From Candidatus Shapirobacteria bacterium (GTDB lineage Bacteria > Patescibacteriota > Microgenomatia > UBA12405), in the NCBI GenBank assembly GCA_028704885.1, contig JAQWEN010000001.1, positions 523,107 through 587,106 on the forward strand: a stretch of DNA of 64,000 nucleotides, written 5' to 3'. The notes beneath the pieces were generated by a model, which worked only from the letters and a program-made list of their open reading frames with translations, did not search any database and had not been told where the DNA came from. Below are positions 63,195 through 64,000 of this stretch, piece after piece. Every line of letters starts with the position of its first letter. The first letter of the stretch is position 1. Position numbers and translations under genes: made by a program.

Positions 63195-64000
63195 ATGGCA
63201 ATTAAATTTGAAGCAAACGAATTGATAAGAGACAAACATTTTTTGGTTAAGAGCAAAGAGATAAGAAAAACGGTTAAGGGCGACGAATATTATATTCTGC
63301 AACTTTGTAATCCAGATGGAACAATTGAGGCTAAAATTTGGAATAATAATATTCCCCAATGCAATTTTGAAGAGGGAAAAGTTATTGAAGTTAATGGTAA
63401 ATCTCAAGAATATAACGGAAAAACAGGAATAATTATTGATAGTTGCCAAATTGTGACCACTGAAGAAGCCAGCGATTACTCTCCTTCTGTCCCCACTTTA
63501 GTTTTTGATATTGAAACTTTGGGTAAAAATTTTGAAGAGTTGGACGAGGTTGAACAAGATTATCTTTTGAATAATTTGGAAAAAAATGAGCCAGATAAAG
63601 AAATTGCTAAAAATAAAACAGCTTTATATTCTATTTTTGGAATAGTGTGTGCGATTGGAGCAGTGGATGTTACTAATAAAACTGGATTTGTATTAAGTTT
63701 ATCAACCAGAGAAATTAAACCAGAAAAAGCTAATTTTACTTATAAAACTTTTACCACTGAAAAAGAATTATTGGAAGAATTTTGGAAAATGACACCAAAA
63801 TATGAACAATTTGTGACTTACAATGGAGACACTTTTGATTTTCCTTATTTAATGATTCGATCGGGAATTAACCGAGTTAAAATGCCATTTGAAATAAAAA
63901 AATGGGGATCCGATAAATTTTTGGATTTACAAACTAGAATTAGACAAAGCCATGCTTTTAAGTTGGAAATGCTGTGTAAGGCTTTTGGAATTGAAAATCC
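63195..64000 (+). CDS. Predicted 3'-5' exonuclease (N-terminal OB fold plus RNase H-like/DnaQ-like domain, YprB/COG3359-like); 5' partial, continues beyond the window
   Basis: ORF open to the window end. N-terminal OB-fold-like segment (YYILQLCNPDGTIEAKIWNN). Exo I motif (LVFDIETLG) and downstream YNGDTFDFPYL. Confidence 0.6.
   Translation, partial: MAIKFEANELIRDKHFLVKSKEIRKTVKGDEYYILQLCNPDGTIEAKIWNNNIPQCNFEEGKVIEVNGKSQEYNGKTGIIIDSCQIVTTEEASDYSPSVPTLVFDIETLGKNFEELDEVEQDYLLNNLEKNEPDKEIAKNKTALYSIFGIVCAIGAVDVTNKTGFVLSLSTREIKPEKANFTYKTFTTEKELLEEFWKMTPKYEQFVTYNGDTFDFPYLMIRSGINRVKMPFEIKKWGSDKFLDLQTRIRQSHAFKLEMLCKAFGIEN

Noticed and set aside
63000-63449. 149-aa minus-strand ORF
   Set aside because: It overlaps tRNA-Pro and the 5' end of the well-supported plus-strand exonuclease gene. 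Translation is low complexity (runs of F, N, I). It is spurious.
1-64000. Prophage, integron, IS element or CRISPR-Cas content
   Set aside because: No integrase, transposase, terminase, capsid, cas gene or repeat-spacer array was recognisable anywhere in the window. The mobile-element interpretations above therefore rest only on tRNA-fragment duplication and repeat structure.

Overview
This 64 kb window is AT-rich (about one-third GC) and almost fully coding. Genes are short and tightly packed, often overlapping by a few nucleotides. It reads as core chromosome of a reduced-genome bacterium, consistent with a CPR/Patescibacteria-like lineage, but no rRNA is present to confirm this. Genes recognised from motifs: uvrB-uvrA-uvrC contiguous on the minus strand, tdk, comM-yraN-dprA, argS, lon, a short purA-like gene, era, obg, rlmN, trxA, dus, two RRM RNA-binding proteins, an MBL hydrolase, a GIY-YIG (YhbQ-like) protein, an LCP protein, ksgA, a triple zinc-ribbon protein, a sugar nucleotidyltransferase, a GT2-GtrA fusion, trmD, a CAP-domain protein, a tasA-like/sipW/sipW secretion operon, a VanZ-like protein, an LTD-domain surface protein, gltX, a dacA-like PBP, aspS, recJ, cca, secDF, an AbrB-like/HTH pair, an AI-2E transporter, miaA, ychF, a NadM-like NMNAT plus nadE, hup, rny, recX-recA, and a partial OB-fold/DnaQ-like exonuclease. 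RNA genes found by hand: tRNA-Glu(CUC), tRNA-Gln(CUG), tRNA-Pro(GGG) and a minimal (~265 nt) RNase P RNA. No rRNA, CRISPR array, transposase or integrase was seen. The most unusual signals are: (i) a ~55-nt double-hairpin palindromic element inserted in frame in dus and miaA, with a third copy acting as an intergenic terminator (like Rickettsia RPEs); (ii) a tRNA-Gln locus where a hairpin-rich insertion and a GIY-YIG ORF separate a duplicated tRNA 5' fragment from the intact tRNA, followed by a 570-nt GC-enriched structured noncoding region; (iii) an unannotated 58-aa protein resembling the archaeal Sul7d/Cren7 chromatin proteins; (iv) a shortened AdSS-family protein with the catalytic P-loop Asp-Glu replaced by Ser-Cys.
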